A stretch of 62,976 nt of DNA, counting the filler, from Reticulomyxa filosa (lineage: Eukaryota; Protista; Foraminifera), in the NCBI GenBank assembly GCA_000512085.1. It is 21 parts of 21 records of this genome, joined end to end, with 100 filler letters (N's around TTAATTAATTAA, not from the genome) between each part and the next. Parts side by side here need not be neighbours in the genome. Positions count along the whole stretch, not along the records: positions 13,301 to 14,525 come from ASPP01012636.1; positions 14,626 to 15,971 come from ASPP01000409.1; positions 16,072 to 17,849 come from ASPP01020748.1; positions 17,950 to 19,689 come from ASPP01011464.1; positions 19,790 to 24,520 come from ASPP01023829.1; positions 24,621 to 26,555 come from ASPP01033964.1; 15 more parts are not named here. One strand, given 5' to 3'. The translations under genes and the position numbers were made by a program. Position 1 is the stretch's first letter; every line of letters begins with the position of its first letter. Below are positions 13,347-26,655 of the stretch, piece after piece. The notes below the pieces were generated by a model that searched no databases, was not told the origin of the DNA, and saw nothing but the letters and a program-made list of their open reading frames with translations.

Positions 13347-14498
13347 AAGACCAGTATATCCAAAAGATTTGCCAGTATTGATTCGAATCATATAAAGACG
13401 GACCATGAAGGCAAAGAGGATGGGATAGACGAGATGTGCGGCGATGGCAAGAGCAAAGTGCACAATGACGTGTTTGTGCCAGAACTCGTGGATGGAGACG
13501 GGGCATGGAGCGTAGCAGTTCCACCAGCCAGCGACGCAGTGAACGCCAAAGACTTTCAAGAGGAGGAGGACGCCAAACCAAAGATAGGCATAGAGATTTC
13601 TGGAGACGACGAGTAAGAAGGGGAGCATGGGTGTGCCAGCATAGCCACAGTGATAGCATAAGAATCTACCATGATCAGTAATAGCAGTACTAGTAGAAGT
13701 GGTATTGGAATCGCTGACGCTTGTAACACTAGTACTGACCCCTCCAACTCCAAATCCAACTCCTCCAACTCCTCCAACTCGTAGTTTATTATATTTCATT
13801 TCCCACTGCACCGTCGACATACGTACCAAATCTAGATTGCTTTCTCCTCGCGCGCCCTTTCTGCCCGACATGGCACTCTGATTGGAGCTGACGCGCTTGG
13901 AGTCAAAGTTGGAGCTGCCAAAGGTGGCGGACACGGCCGACTCCAAGAACGTGGGACAGCGGAAGTAGTGCAGCGGCGACACTTCGCGCTGACACTTGGC
14001 ACATGTCATTGGAAAAGCTGGTGACGATCGCTGTGCCGATGCCGCGGTCGTCATGGCCTGCTTGATCTTCACCGACTGCTCTTCATGCTTACTGATGCCC
14101 AACTGGATCCAATACTCGTCCATCTCGCGCTTGCACGAACACAGTGGTCGGTGTCGCAGAAAGCGACGCATGCAACGCGGGTTGTGCAATTTCCACGCCA
14201 CGTACCATCCTTGCAACCAGTCCACCACGTCCCACACGTGATTCTGCGGCTTTGGAAAAGGGTCGCTCGGCAACACCGTGTCCAACACCGGGTTGCTCAT
14301 CACGTAGTCGGCCACGATCGGGTGCAGAATCAGGTCGTGCTGCGAGTCCAGTCGTCGCCGCACGTAGTAATTGTACATGAAAAATAGCCACTCGCTACAT
14401 AGTATCACCGCGATCGCTGATATACCCATCAAATACCACCCAAATGATAGCAGTAATACTCGAGCCGCTGTTTCCGTTATTCGAAATAATAGTCGCAA
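13345..14498 (-). CDS. Multi-pass membrane protein exon, weakly XK-related, with a Cys-rich loop (partial)
   Basis: Long open exon with several hydrophobic helices. LLFRITETAARVLLLSF resembles the XK-family 'WR..E..SRV..L..F' motif. Flanked by an (AT)n tract and a poly-T tract, probably intronic. Confidence 0.5.
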
Positions 14499-14625
14499 AC
14501 ACCACTTTTTTTTTTTTTTTTTTTTNNNNNNNNNNNNNNNNNNNNNNNNNNNNNNNNNNNNNNNNNNNNTTAATTAATTAANNNNNNNNNNNNNNNNNNN
14601 NNNNNNNNNNNNNNNNNNNNNNNNN

Positions 14626-15110
14626 ATGTTAAGTATCTTGGATCGTGTTAATTACGTATACGGCAAGGCAAGGAAACTTGGCCAAGTTTATCTACGTACA
14701 ATCTATTATACAAGACCATCATCAGTCCGAGTTTCGAGTATGCATCAGCCTTTTGGAATGACGCGGCAGACACTCATAAGAGGCGATTAGAAAGGATACA
14801 AAGGATTGCAATGTGTCGAATTCTATCCATGCGACTGGCCGATGGTTGAACTAACATCAGATGAGATTTTGGTATCGTTGGAGCATTGTGATATTTTGCG
14901 ATGGGAGTACATATCCCAATCCTGGTATTGGAGGGGCAGGACTTGTAATTCGAGATCAAAGTATGCCAAATTGGTTAGAATTGGAACAATAAACATTGGT
15001 TCAGAGATCGAAGCAATGGAATATGTTGGTAGATTCCATTGTGGAAGGGTGATTATCCTGACTGATTGCAAAAAAAAAAATATATAATTTTTGGCAAGCA
15101 AAACCAATTA
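14626..15110 (+). mobile_element. Decayed LINE fragment: reverse-transcriptase C-terminal (thumb) region
   Basis: Manual translation from about 14703 gives LLYKTIISPSFEYASAFWNDAADTHKRRLERIQRIAMCRIL, typical of the non-LTR RT C-terminus. Frameshifts and stops around it. Confidence 0.8.
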
Positions 15111-15206
15111 AAACAAACTCAGAAGGGAGGGGCCAAGATGACCGACTTATCTCGCCATATCGACATGGCGGAAAAAAATACCAGACATTCAAAATATCCA
15201 ACATGA

Positions 15207-15343
15207 TCGGAAAAACCCCAAACGGGGAGACAGGTGCGTTTTTTATACGTGTCCAAGTTCCAACAAAGACCCCAAGCAACAAACAAAGCCCCCAAAGGCC
15301 CAACAGAAAAATATGTGGTTGTGTCGGAAAAACCCCAAACGGG
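15207..15343 (+). repeat. 20-bp direct repeat TCGGAAAAACCCCAAACGGG (15207-15226 and 15324-15343)
   Basis: Exact duplication downstream of the LINE fragment, possibly in its 3' UTR. Confidence 0.8.
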
Positions 15344-16126
15344 AAAACAGTGCTTTCATGCTCTAGTGAATTGATTATTGTCCTTTAGGACATGCAAATA
15401 CCAAGGATTTTCTTTTGACCAAAGTAAATTGATGTTTTGTTTCATTGTTTGTTTGAATTATGTTCCATTTTTACAATTTTTATTCAGTACATATTGAAGT
15501 TTTGTGAATACAGCCAGTTGGAACAAAATCCACGCTGTATTTCCTTTTTTAAATTGTGAATTACTGAATCTCTCAGGAGATTTGGAAACTTTGTGATACC
15601 ATCCGGTCTGACCAAAATATACAATGGCATTTAACAATTTAAGAAATATTAATATGTTTTTGGTTATTGTTTTTTTTATGTTATATTTTCTTTCAGATTT
15701 TGAATATTAAATATTATTTTGCTTTTGGTTTAAAGCAATATTCAACAAATGGGATTCTGACATCTATAAATTGCCAAAAGATATTGAAATCATTTAATGA
15801 GGATAACGTAAGGTCATTCTGGTAATGATAAAGTGGATCTTGTTGCAAATAATGCTCACAGGAAAGCGTCGCAATTGCAACCAAATTTGAATCAACAACA
15901 CCGATCAGCTGCATTCCTGAATAATCATGGATTGAATCCATATTTCACAGAGCAATGGAACAGACATTGGANNNNNNNNNNNNNNNNNNNNNNNNNNNNN
16001 NNNNNNNNNNNNNNNTTAATTAATTAANNNNNNNNNNNNNNNNNNNNNNNNNNNNNNNNNNNNNNNNNNNNTTTTTTTTTTTTTTTTTTTAACCCCTTTT
16101 TTTTTTTTTTTTTTTGGAGCGTATAA

Positions 16127-16852
16127 ATGTCAGCGCTGGAGTTGATTCATCGAAAACCGAACGACATAATAATGATCTGTGATGAAGTGCAATGCGGCTT
16201 TGGACGCTGTGGAGCGCCTTACATGTGGGCATTTCAACACAACTCGGGACTGGAATGTGTGCCCGACATTGTGACACTAGGCAAGCCAATGGGGAATGGG
16301 TTCCCTTTGGGAGCAGTGGTCACTAGTGCGGAAGTGATGAAGCGCTTCCAGGTAAATAATCACTACATGGAGTTCTTTAGCACCTTTGGCGGCAATCCCG
16401 TGGCTTGTGCTGCTGGCCTCGCCGTGCTGCATGTGATCGAAACTGAACAGCTGCTGACGCATACCTCCAAGGTTGGGACCTATTTGATCCAAAAACTTTT
16501 GGACTTGCAAAAAACTTGGAACAAGTCACCACACCGAGTTTGCTACATCGGAGATGTGAGGGGACAAGGCCTGTTCATTGGCGTTGAACTTGTCACCAGT
16601 TTGACCAGCTTGGAACCTGCCACTTTGGTAACCAAGTCACTGATTGACCAACTCACTCTCAAACCTTACTACATTTTGTTGTCCAAAGAGGGACAGTTCA
16701 ATAATGTCCTCAAAATTAAACCCCCTTTGTGTTTCACTTCTCAAAATGCCGACTACTTGGTTACCTCCATCCACAAAGTCTTGTCCAATATCAACTTGCA
16801 AAAAAATAACAACAAAGTCATTCCTAATGCCTCACCTCCTGCCAAACTTTAA
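16127..16852 (+). CDS. Class-III PLP aminotransferase, AGXT2L/ethanolamine-phosphate phospho-lyase-like (last exon, 5' partial)
   Basis: DEVQCGFGRCG, PDIVTLGKPMGNGFPLGAVVT (PLP lysine), STFGGNPVACAAGLAVL, GDVRGQGLFIGVELV, NVLKIKPPL. Confidence 0.92.
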   Translation: MSALELIHRKPNDIIMICDEVQCGFGRCGAPYMWAFQHNSGLECVPDIVTLGKPMGNGFPLGAVVTSAEVMKRFQVNNHYMEFFSTFGGNPVACAAGLAVLHVIETEQLLTHTSKVGTYLIQKLLDLQKTWNKSPHRVCYIGDVRGQGLFIGVELVTSLTSLEPATLVTKSLIDQLTLKPYYILLSKEGQFNNVLKIKPPLCFTSQNADYLVTSIHKVLSNINLQKNNNKVIPNASPPAKL

Positions 16853-17438
16853 ACCACTTTTTCTTTCTTTTTTTTTTTATAAAAAAATATAAAGTGCTAT
16901 TTTTCAATTTGGAAGAGTTGACATTTTCTCTATCTTTGTGTCTGTTCAGACTTGGAGTGTAGTCAAATTTTCGAAATTATTCTTTTCCTATTGTTTATTT
17001 GTAGTAAAATGTGAATGTGATAGTTTTGTCACATAAAAATCTTATTCAAACAGTAGCTTTCATACAAATGTGACGAAGACGTGCTGGACTTAGAAATTCT
17101 ACACTTTTTAAAAAGTTTGCCTTTTCCATTTTTTATTAAGAAGCGCAAAACAATCCAAGTGAATTTACAAAGTAGTGAAACAACAGTTTTGCAAAGAATT
17201 TTTTTCCAGGCACGTCTGCTGTAAAGCCCTTTTTTGGCAGGGAAAACACCTTTTGTATTTTGGTAGTTTTATATAATCGTTGCGCAAATTGTGCAAAAAG
17301 CATCTTGTATTTAGATTTGTCTTTCTTTAATAGCAATAATCGATCAAAAATGAACAGAGATTATCCTGAGTTAGGAGGGAGGGGCCAGAGGGGTTCACAA
17401 TTAATTTTTTTTTTGGAAAAAAGAGAAAAGGGGAGTAT

Positions 17439-17849
17439 ATGAACAAGTGTATACAACGCAGCTCTGGCATTCAAAGGAGGAAGGGGGGATATGTGCAACA
17501 TTTGAACAGCTATCCAAAAGGGAAAAAGAATTGGCCCCCTTATACGCCATATGACAACGAAAAAGCGCCGACAGGAAAAAACCGGACAACTCCGCGAAGC
17601 AATGAGAGAAACAGCGATAATGATAGGCAAACACAATTGAAGAGCCAAATGCAGTACCCGCACGTACCAAACGACGCATCGGAGACAAAAAAGATGAACA
17701 GTCCAAAAAAGGATACAGTTTCAAATGGCCAATCCTTTTCGCGGTTCAATCAGCAAGCAGCTTCTCTTCATTTGGGTACTACGTCACCAAATGCAACATA
17801 CAATGCCAACATTTATTCTGACCACATATCTCCAAGTTGTTTTTTTTTT
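17439..17849 (+). CDS. Hypothetical protein N-terminus (3' partial)
   Basis: ATG-started hydrophilic ORF running to the contig end; no domain recognised. Confidence 0.3.
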
Positions 17850-19249
17850 NNNNNNNNNNNNNNNNNNNNNNNNNNNNNNNNNNNNNNNNNNNNTTAATTA
17901 ATTAANNNNNNNNNNNNNNNNNNNNNNNNNNNNNNNNNNNNNNNNNNNNACTCCTGGAGGTAAATTTAATTTTTTTTTTTTTTTTTTTGAATAATACCAT
18001 TCTCTTTCTCTTCTACTAAAACATATTTATGTTGTGTACAGCCTTTTTTTTTTTTTTAATCAAAACAATATTTGAGACGGGTGAACAAAAAAATTGTATA
18101 AATGCCGAGAATTTCGCTTTTTTAATAGAGTGGTTGTCTTGTGTGTTCATTCATTCTCTTCTTTTTGTCATGCCAAAGTCGCCATTTATGAGAAAAAAAC
18201 ACCTTGACAACTTTGAAGATGTTTCTTTCCTCCAAAAAAAACTACAAAATAAAACCAATTGTAATAATTATTGACTCAAACAAAGCAATCCCAACACTTT
18301 GAGATGCAGTATCAAATGCATCACATATTCATTTATTTTCGCACCTGCTAATTCAAATGATTTTCATCATTTCTTTAGTTGTCTCCCCCCATGGTATCTT
18401 AAAAAAAACTTCTGCTCTTCATTATTTTGTATTTATTTAAATCTGTTGTGCAAAAAGTGGATAAATTTTTTTTTTGTTTGTAGTAGTAATTTGTTTTTCT
18501 TTCCTTTTTGCAACGTTCAACGTCAATTTAGATTTTGACTATGTTTTGATTGTGAATTAAATAAAGCAAGATGACTGCATTAAAAAAAACGACAGACATG
18601 TGGGTTTTCCTGCTGCTGAAAGAGGTGTGCAAACTTTAATACGAAAGGTTTTCGCTCTTTTGAGCAATTTAAAACAAAAATTAATTATTTAAATAAGAGA
18701 AAATAAACAAGATTCAACAAGTGAAAGAGAAAAGACAAGTCGTGAAAGTGAGTAGTGTGTTTTTAGAATAAAGGGTCCCAAAGTTCACTTGTAGTGCGCG
18801 AATTACTTATTACGACATCATGAGTACTACAGACATATATTTGTCAACCTACCGCACAAGCAAATATATATCATATAAAAAATATGCATACATATTGTAT
18901 ATATTATATACAAATACAGTAAGATAAAAAAGAAAGTTGAAAACTAAAATGCCACATTATAGAGATGATTGTTTTTCTCAATGAAAAAACAACATTTAAT
19001 CAAAATTTTTTTAAAAAAATATCTACGAATCGTGTAGTTTTTAAATATCATTTTGATTTTTTATTAAGTCTTTATAATTTTTTCAAAAATTTTAATCTTT
19101 CATTTGATTTGGTAAAATTTCTTTAAAAAAGTTGATAATCGTGTTTTTCTCGTAGTATCTTTTTTTAAACAATTTTTGAAATTTCTTTTTTTTTAGGTGT
19201 TCGATATTGATTTTGATTATTTTGACTATTGGTCCGAAATATTGATTGA

Positions 19250-19619
19250 CAACAATTAGATGAAAATTTCATATCAAGAAATACTAAAGATAGTCAATTT
19301 CTGCTTAGAAAATAAAGAAGATTAGATTTTCCATCAAGATAATGCAACATGATATAAATCTGAAAAAATTATGAAATAGTTAAAACAAAAAAAAAAGAAA
19401 ATAATGAATTTTCATCAAAATTCACATGCCATAAATCCAATTGAAAATCTTTGGTGAATAGTAAATACAAGGATTCACAAAAAAGGATCATTTAATATTA
19501 TGTAAGAATTTTTGAACTAATTTGAAACAGAATTTGAAAAAATAAAAACTTTAATAAAGTCGATACCAAATAGAATACATGCAGTTAAAATAGCCAAAGG
19601 AGATTTAACACGTTGGTAA
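19250..19619 (+). mobile_element. Tc1-family (DD34E) transposase remnant
   Basis: Manual translation FHQDNAT*YKSEKIMK*LKQKKKKIMNFHQNSHAINPIENLW has 34 residues between D and E. It ends ...LIKSIPNRIHAVKIAKGDLTRW*. Several stops. Confidence 0.88.
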
Positions 19620-19789
19620 ACTTAAATTAAATTTTAAAAAACAAATCTTATCGTTGGAACCGAAAGGGTTTGAATTCCGGGTTTTTAAANNNNNNNNNNN
19701 NNNNNNNNNNNNNNNNNNNNNNNNNNNNNNNNNTTAATTAATTAANNNNNNNNNNNNNNNNNNNNNNNNNNNNNNNNNNNNNNNNNNNN

Positions 19790-22700
19790 AGTATCGCACC
19801 TATTGTACGTGCGAGGCGATACGACAGCACTTGTATCGCAAGTTTGGTGCAATGAGTGGAACAATTTCGTCGTCACCGGCGGCCACAGCGACGACGGCAA
19901 CGACAACAATGGCAACGACGACGACGACGACGACGGCAATGGCGATGACGAATGGGAGTCATGTATCGAAGACCACAACGGCGTTTGCATTGATATCGGA
20001 AAGTGGGGTCTCAGGACAAGACCAGGAATTGGACAATAATGACGGAGCGAAAAAGAAACAAAGAACGTCCAATTCCGACAATGGCGTTGGCGCAAATGAA
20101 AACATAGCCATTTTGGATTCGAGCTTAAAACAAAAGGCTTTGATTACAAAGAGATCACGGACAGCCCCGATGGAGAGTGTGAACAAAGACAAAGAAAAGA
20201 GCAATCATAGCATTGATATTGACATTAACGTTGCTATTGATAATAGTAATAATAATAATGATAATAATAATGACAATGACAATGGTAATGATAATGGTAA
20301 TGAAGATGAAGATGAACAAGAATTAGAATCGCCACCATTGTTGTGGCTGCAAGATGATGGTACTGTCCCTTCCGCTGCAAAAGACGGCTCACATGTTAGC
20401 TTCGCGCTGACTGAAGATGAACTCGATCTGCTGTCCAAAATGTCGTCGATTGGCTCTGCTAAAAGCAAAAGCAAAAGCAAAAGCAAGAAACACATGCGCC
20501 ATCGAAGCAAACATTTGAGTGATGAGGATCTCGCAGGTAGCCTCAACAAAGACAGGGGAAACAGTGTGCACGACGGAAGTGGCGACGGACACTCCTCGGA
20601 TTCGTCAGACTCGTCTTCCACTACTTCGTCTTCCTCGTCCATGCGCGGATTCGACGAAAAGGATCTCGATTACGAAGATGTGGACTATCAACACTTTGAG
20701 CTATTCACCAAAGCCCTGCCTGCTACAGGTGCAAACTAAGAGAGAGAGAGAAATTCCATCGGCATTACTTTCAAGCATATATCACAACACCTAACAATCT
20801 CTGATGCAATGCATATATGTATATATAATGTATATGTGTGTATATGTAATGTGTATTGAGAGTGACAGGTCGGGCAAAGAGTTTCCAAGGATTCGATGAG
20901 TTCTTTCATGACGATATGGATATTGGCACCGTATCACGTGCAAATGAAAAAGAAAAGGACAAGAAAACGGCAGAAAAAGGCCAACAGAATCGAGACAGTG
21001 AGGGTAAGGTCAACACCAAGACCAACACGAACAATAACAACAACGTCAAAACCAATCGCAACAGCAATGGCAATGCCAATAGCAATAGCAATGGCAATAG
21101 CAATGGCAATGGCAATGGCACAACCAACACCAAAGCCAAAGCGGACAAAAAGGTTGATTTGAAGCACAGCAATGGGCAACGCAAAAATCAGGGAAATCAT
21201 TTGCAAAGTAAGGCCACACAAAAACAAAAGCCTCTGACGCCAACTCCTCAAATGCTCCAGCGCAAGGTCAAAGGCAAAAAGCAGCCCATTTGTTTCACCA
21301 GTGAAAAAAATCGTGCCGAACAAGGCAATTCCAAAGAGAAAAATACAAATGCAAATGTAAATGCGAATGCAATTGCAAATGGCAACGCAACGAATGAAGT
21401 GAACAATGTGAGAAGCTTATTTGGACGCATTCGTGTGAAAACCTTAAAAAAAAAGATCGCAAAAAAAGACGCACCCAAACAGTGCCGAAAGAGGATCACG
21501 ATGATGACGACGGCAACGACGACATGCTGCTGTCGATAAGAGACGAAAATACCATTGCGTCGATACTTCAAAGCGACAAAAGAAACTCTGATTTGGACAC
21601 CAAGCAATCTCTATTCAAGTCCGTGCATCCACCGAATGTGCACATTGACAAGATCAGCCGAAGTCTCACCGAAAACGACGATCAAACAAAAAGCCCCTCC
21701 ACTGCACCAGCAGGTTCCACCACGTCCCCCAATGCACACAAGATCAAAGTCGTCTCTTCACGTGGTCGCTCAAAGACATATGGAGAAGAAATCACACTGC
21801 AATCCGAATCTAACGATTCTCAGCCCATTCAAAAAGAGTCTTTGTTCGTGTATACATACATATAATACATATATGCATATATATATACATATATGCATAT
21901 ATATGTATATGTATACATAACTTTACATATAATAAAAAAAAAAAAAAAAGTGTGAGTAAAGAATCAGTACTGTCCCCAGTGGTTGCACAGCGATTGCGTG
22001 TGGTGCATAAAATGTCGACACATTCGGCTTCGGACATCACCGTGTCCGAGCCCGAGGACGAAGACCAATCGAAGGCGAGTGGCAATGGCAAGGAAGCAAA
22101 GGGGCAGCAGTCGCGGACGATCTTTGTGGGGGACAAAGATAAGGACAAGGACAAAGACAAGAACAAGAATAAGAACAAGAACAAGGATAAGGACAAGGAC
22201 AAGGCGAGCAAGCGCAATACGAGCCCGCAGACGGTGTTGCGAAAAAAAACCACGGAGCGACAAAATGCGAGTGGCGACTCTTCCTCCCCTTCGAGCATAT
22301 CTATATCGGCAGTCTCCGCGTTGCCTTCTTCTCGTCATCGCAACAGCACTGGCTCCACCTCAATTAAGAAAGCCGACAATAGCGCCATGTTTCGAAAGCA
22401 CAAAGGGTCAGACAACAGCAGCAGTAATAATAACAGTAATAATGATAGCAATAGTAATAATAACAGTAATAATGATAGCAATAGTAACAATGACAAAGGA
22501 CAAATTGTGCATGACTCGTCCAACGGCACAGCCCAAAAGAGTGGACGAAACAGTCGAAATAGCTTGGGCAAGTCTGGCGAAGGGCTGAAACTGACGTTCA
22601 CGTATCCAAAGGCTCATGGACATATTTTCAATGTGGATGGAAAAAAAGGCGAGATTCGATTTGAATACAATCTAAACAATCCCGAGCTGTTTGCTCGAAG

Positions 22701-23411
22701 GGCTTTGATCGACATTGTGCATGTTACGAATAATAAGAAAGAGCAAGGATCTTCCGTTGGCGCTGGCACGCCCAAGACAGAACGATTGCTCAGCGGAATA
22801 CAACTTAACAACATCTATCAGTGCCATATCAAAATTCACGTTGACAAGTTCATGCGACTAGATAAAAAAAATTTGTGCTTGGTTGTTCATTGCCGCTCCA
22901 AAAAAAATAAAAATGAACTGTTTTCGTTCAAGTCCAAAGTTTTTCAAATCCATTTCTCCAGAAAAAAAGATTTGTTGCACGTTGGCAAGCCAGGAATGTT
23001 GGATTTGTTTTTGTTTATTTGTTTATTTCTATATTCGCTTCATTTTGCTTGTTGTAAAACTACTACTGATACGGAATAAAAAACAAATAAAGAAATACAA
23101 TTATTATTGAAACAACTCGCAATCACATAGGCACCCTGACCATGTCGTTGTCGTCACCTGTTGCAAAAGAAGATGCTGCTAATAAATTGGATGATAATGA
23201 TGAAAATGATAAGACGAAAAAAAAGGCTTGGGAGGCCGCAAATTTAATAAGGCCAAAATCTCTCAATATTGACTTTTCTGCCAATGCCGCTGCTACGGCG
23301 AATCCAGAAAATCATAACAATCCTTCACACCAGCCAGAAAATAGCGCTCAAAACATGATCATTGTTGAATATGATGGTACCGCGATGAATGACGATTTGG
23401 TACTTGAATGA
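19790..23411 (+). CDS. Large multi-exon low-complexity (N/D/S/K-rich) protein with one globular segment near the C-terminus (5' partial)
   Basis: ORFs 19831, 20856, 21482, 21952 and 23142 are separated by AT-repeat introns and a probable poly-A frameshift near 21450. Contains KD, NG and SK dipeptide repeats. Confidence 0.6.
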
Positions 23412-24620
23412 CAAAGATAATCAATGAAAAACATTACACTCTTTTTTTTCTTATAATTTTTCTTCTCTTTTTCCCATTCCTTTATCTACCAACTATCAAT
23501 CTCAATCATATATCTTGGAAAAGTTAAAAATATTGATGCTTGTCTTTTTTTCTCTTTTGTAGACTCATTTATTTTATGAGATGAAATACTTGGTTTTGTT
23601 TGCTTTTTTATTCAAATTTTCTTCTGTCTGATAGCTCTGATTTTGTTTTTTTGTGTTTTTCCTTGTTTTCAGTTTTATAATCGATGTATCATGCCACTTG
23701 TTAACTGGTTGTGGCTTTGCTTATCAAATTCAATGCTCTGTAAGTATTTTTCATAATTGTTTTTTTATCTTGCAAATTTGTTTCATGTAGATTCTTTACT
23801 CAATCAAAGACGTGGTGTTCGGTTCAAAAAGTAGCTTAAGAGTTTTTAATTTTGAAGTGGTGAATTAGTTCTGTTTTGTATAACTTAAAACACAAAAAAG
23901 AAGAGTGAAACGCTGCAAAATCACTCCTTTTGTGTGGCTGTAATGTGTTAATTAAGGTTTGCGAAAAAGCTCTACAAATAAAAAATGGAAAAACAAAACA
24001 AAAATATTTCGCTCGAACGGAAAAGCGAAGTGCTTTGTGCAATACACAGCCTGTTGTTAACTTTTTGGAATCCAAAAATTAGCCGTACAGATTGTGTTCA
24101 TTAAAAGCACAGAATACAAGTATTTCTACAGGTTTGGAAACTTAATTTATGTTTCCAAATTTTTTAAAAATGCTGACATTTCTTTTTTCTAAAAATTTCT
24201 AACATTTTATTAAAACAAATATTTTATCAGGCTGAAAAATTTGGCACGTGTGGACTTGGAAACAAAGTAAATTGATTTTGTTTTTTTTTGTTTTTTTTTG
24301 ATGAGTCTTTTTAAATTACCAAGATCTGTTTTGACGAAACGTGAAAAGAATAAGCTATAAGCTGAAACAAATTTGATTATTTTGTTAAAATGAAATTGCT
24401 GTTATTGAGATAAAAAATGTGTTTGCGTGTTTAAAAAAAATGAAATAGATTTGCGAATTTTCGTGACATTAAACATGTTAAGTAAAAAAAAAAAGAAAAA
24501 GTTTTATGCAAAGATGACAANNNNNNNNNNNNNNNNNNNNNNNNNNNNNNNNNNNNNNNNNNNNTTAATTAATTAANNNNNNNNNNNNNNNNNNNNNNNN
24601 NNNNNNNNNNNNNNNNNNNN

Positions 24621-26555
24621 TCATCCAATTGTTGTTTATTCAATTTCATTGCTATTCTTCCAAGGGATTCTGCACATGACATTCGAACTAACATATCTTC
24701 GTTTTTATCTTTCAATCTATTATTCAAATATTTCCAAGCAATATTCAATTGTTTTTTATTTAATTTCATTGATATTTTTCCAATTGATTCTGCACATGAA
24801 TATTGGACATTTTTACTTGGATCATTTTTAAATCCATTCATTAAATAGTTGAAAACATCATCACTCAATTGTTTTTCATTCAATTTCAGTTTTTGAATTG
24901 TTTGTGCACATAAGTAACGAACATAATCATTCTTATATTTGAAACTATTCTCAATTAAATACATAACAAAATTATTTAATTGTGTTGGATTCCATTTCTT
25001 TGACAGTGTTGCCAGCAGATCAATACATAATTTATGAATACGCTTTTTCTTACGTTTCAAACCCTTCATCAAATATTTGAAAGCAGTATCTAAATGTATT
25101 TCATTTGAATCAACTAAAATTTCTACATACAATGCTCTACGCAACCAATATCCACTCTTATCATTATTGTTTATTAATTTATTCATTAAATACTTAAAGT
25201 TAGCACTTAGTTGCCCTTGATTCCATTTCTTCAAAAGTGTTTTAATCAATTGCACACAATATCGACGAACAACTTTTCGTTTATCTTGCAATCCATCTAT
25301 CAAATGTCGAAATACATTGTTCTGTTGTTTTTCATTCAATATCAATAAAATTCTTTTAAGTAGATCTGCAGATGATCGATGATAGGATTCATTTGTACTA
25401 TCTAATGCATTTAAAAAAGATTTACAAATACTACTTAATTGTTTCACATCCAATTTCATCACAATTGTTTCAAGTACTACTGCGCAAGAATTAAAAATAT
25501 CTTTATCTTTAGTTTCAAATTCTGAAATTACATATTTTAAAATATAGTCCATTTGCTCTTTATCCAATTTTATCACAAATGTTGTGATTACTCTTGCACA
25601 TGAATCACAGAGATGAATGCTTTTATTGTTAAATGTATCTATCATACGTTTAAAAGCGCTACTCAATTGCTCCGTATTCATGTTCAATAATATTTTTTCA
25701 ATTAATTTGGCACATATTTCATGTAAGCCAATCCTCTTTTGGAATCCATCCAATAAAATGTCAAAAATATCCACTTGTTTTTTTATCTAACTTTGTTGCA
25801 ATTGCCTCAAATATATCTGCGTATACATCACAAAGAGGAATGCATTTTTTGTTGAATATATTCATCAAGCATCTAAGAGTGTTATACAATTGTTCCTTAT
25901 TCTGTGATATTTTTTCAATTAATTTGGCACATTTCTTACGAACAACTTCATTTTTATCAACGGTATACTCATCTTCGTCATAGAGTCCATCCAATAAAAG
26001 TTCAATAACATCACTCAGTTGTATTTCACTCACTTTTAATACTATTGCTTCAAGCGTATTCATAAGTATCACTCCACGTTGAGAGGATGGAGTTATCCTG
26101 TTGTTTTTTTTTGGTGTGATAAAGTATTTCCATTGATTTGATTGTTTTGGAACTGGCTTGAATTGATCTATGATACATGAGTAAATATCTGGATGAACAA
26201 GAACATGTGACAAATTGGAAAAATTTAGTCCTATCACTTTATGGAGTGGTAGATGTGCAGTTCTGTATTCATTATTGTTTTTGTGTCTGTCAAAATTGAT
26301 CCAAACAATCAGAAATGATTTGAATGAACCAATGAGATTCTTGTGACAGTTTTGAAGTTGAGATGGAAGAAATTTACTCTCTGTATCTGCTTTGCAAGAA
26401 TCCAGACAACGCGTATTTAATATCATTTGATGAATGGGAGATAGTTGACAAAATGATGTGGAATTTAATAATTTCCAAAAATATAATAAACCAGATCCAT
26501 CAGGATCTTTTCCATTTTCAATATAATCATACAATATTCCAGCCATAAATGGAAT
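24621..26555 (-). CDS. HEAT/ARM-like repeat protein (partial; frameshift near 25770)
   Basis: Repeated ~40-aa units such as LxDxxxxVRxxCAESLGxI and LNEKQLxxxFxYLMNG in two overlapping frames. Confidence 0.8.
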
Positions 26556-26655
26556 NNNNNNNNNNNNNNNNNNNNNNNNNNNNNNNNNNNNNNNNNNNNT
26601 TAATTAATTAANNNNNNNNNNNNNNNNNNNNNNNNNNNNNNNNNNNNNNNNNNNN

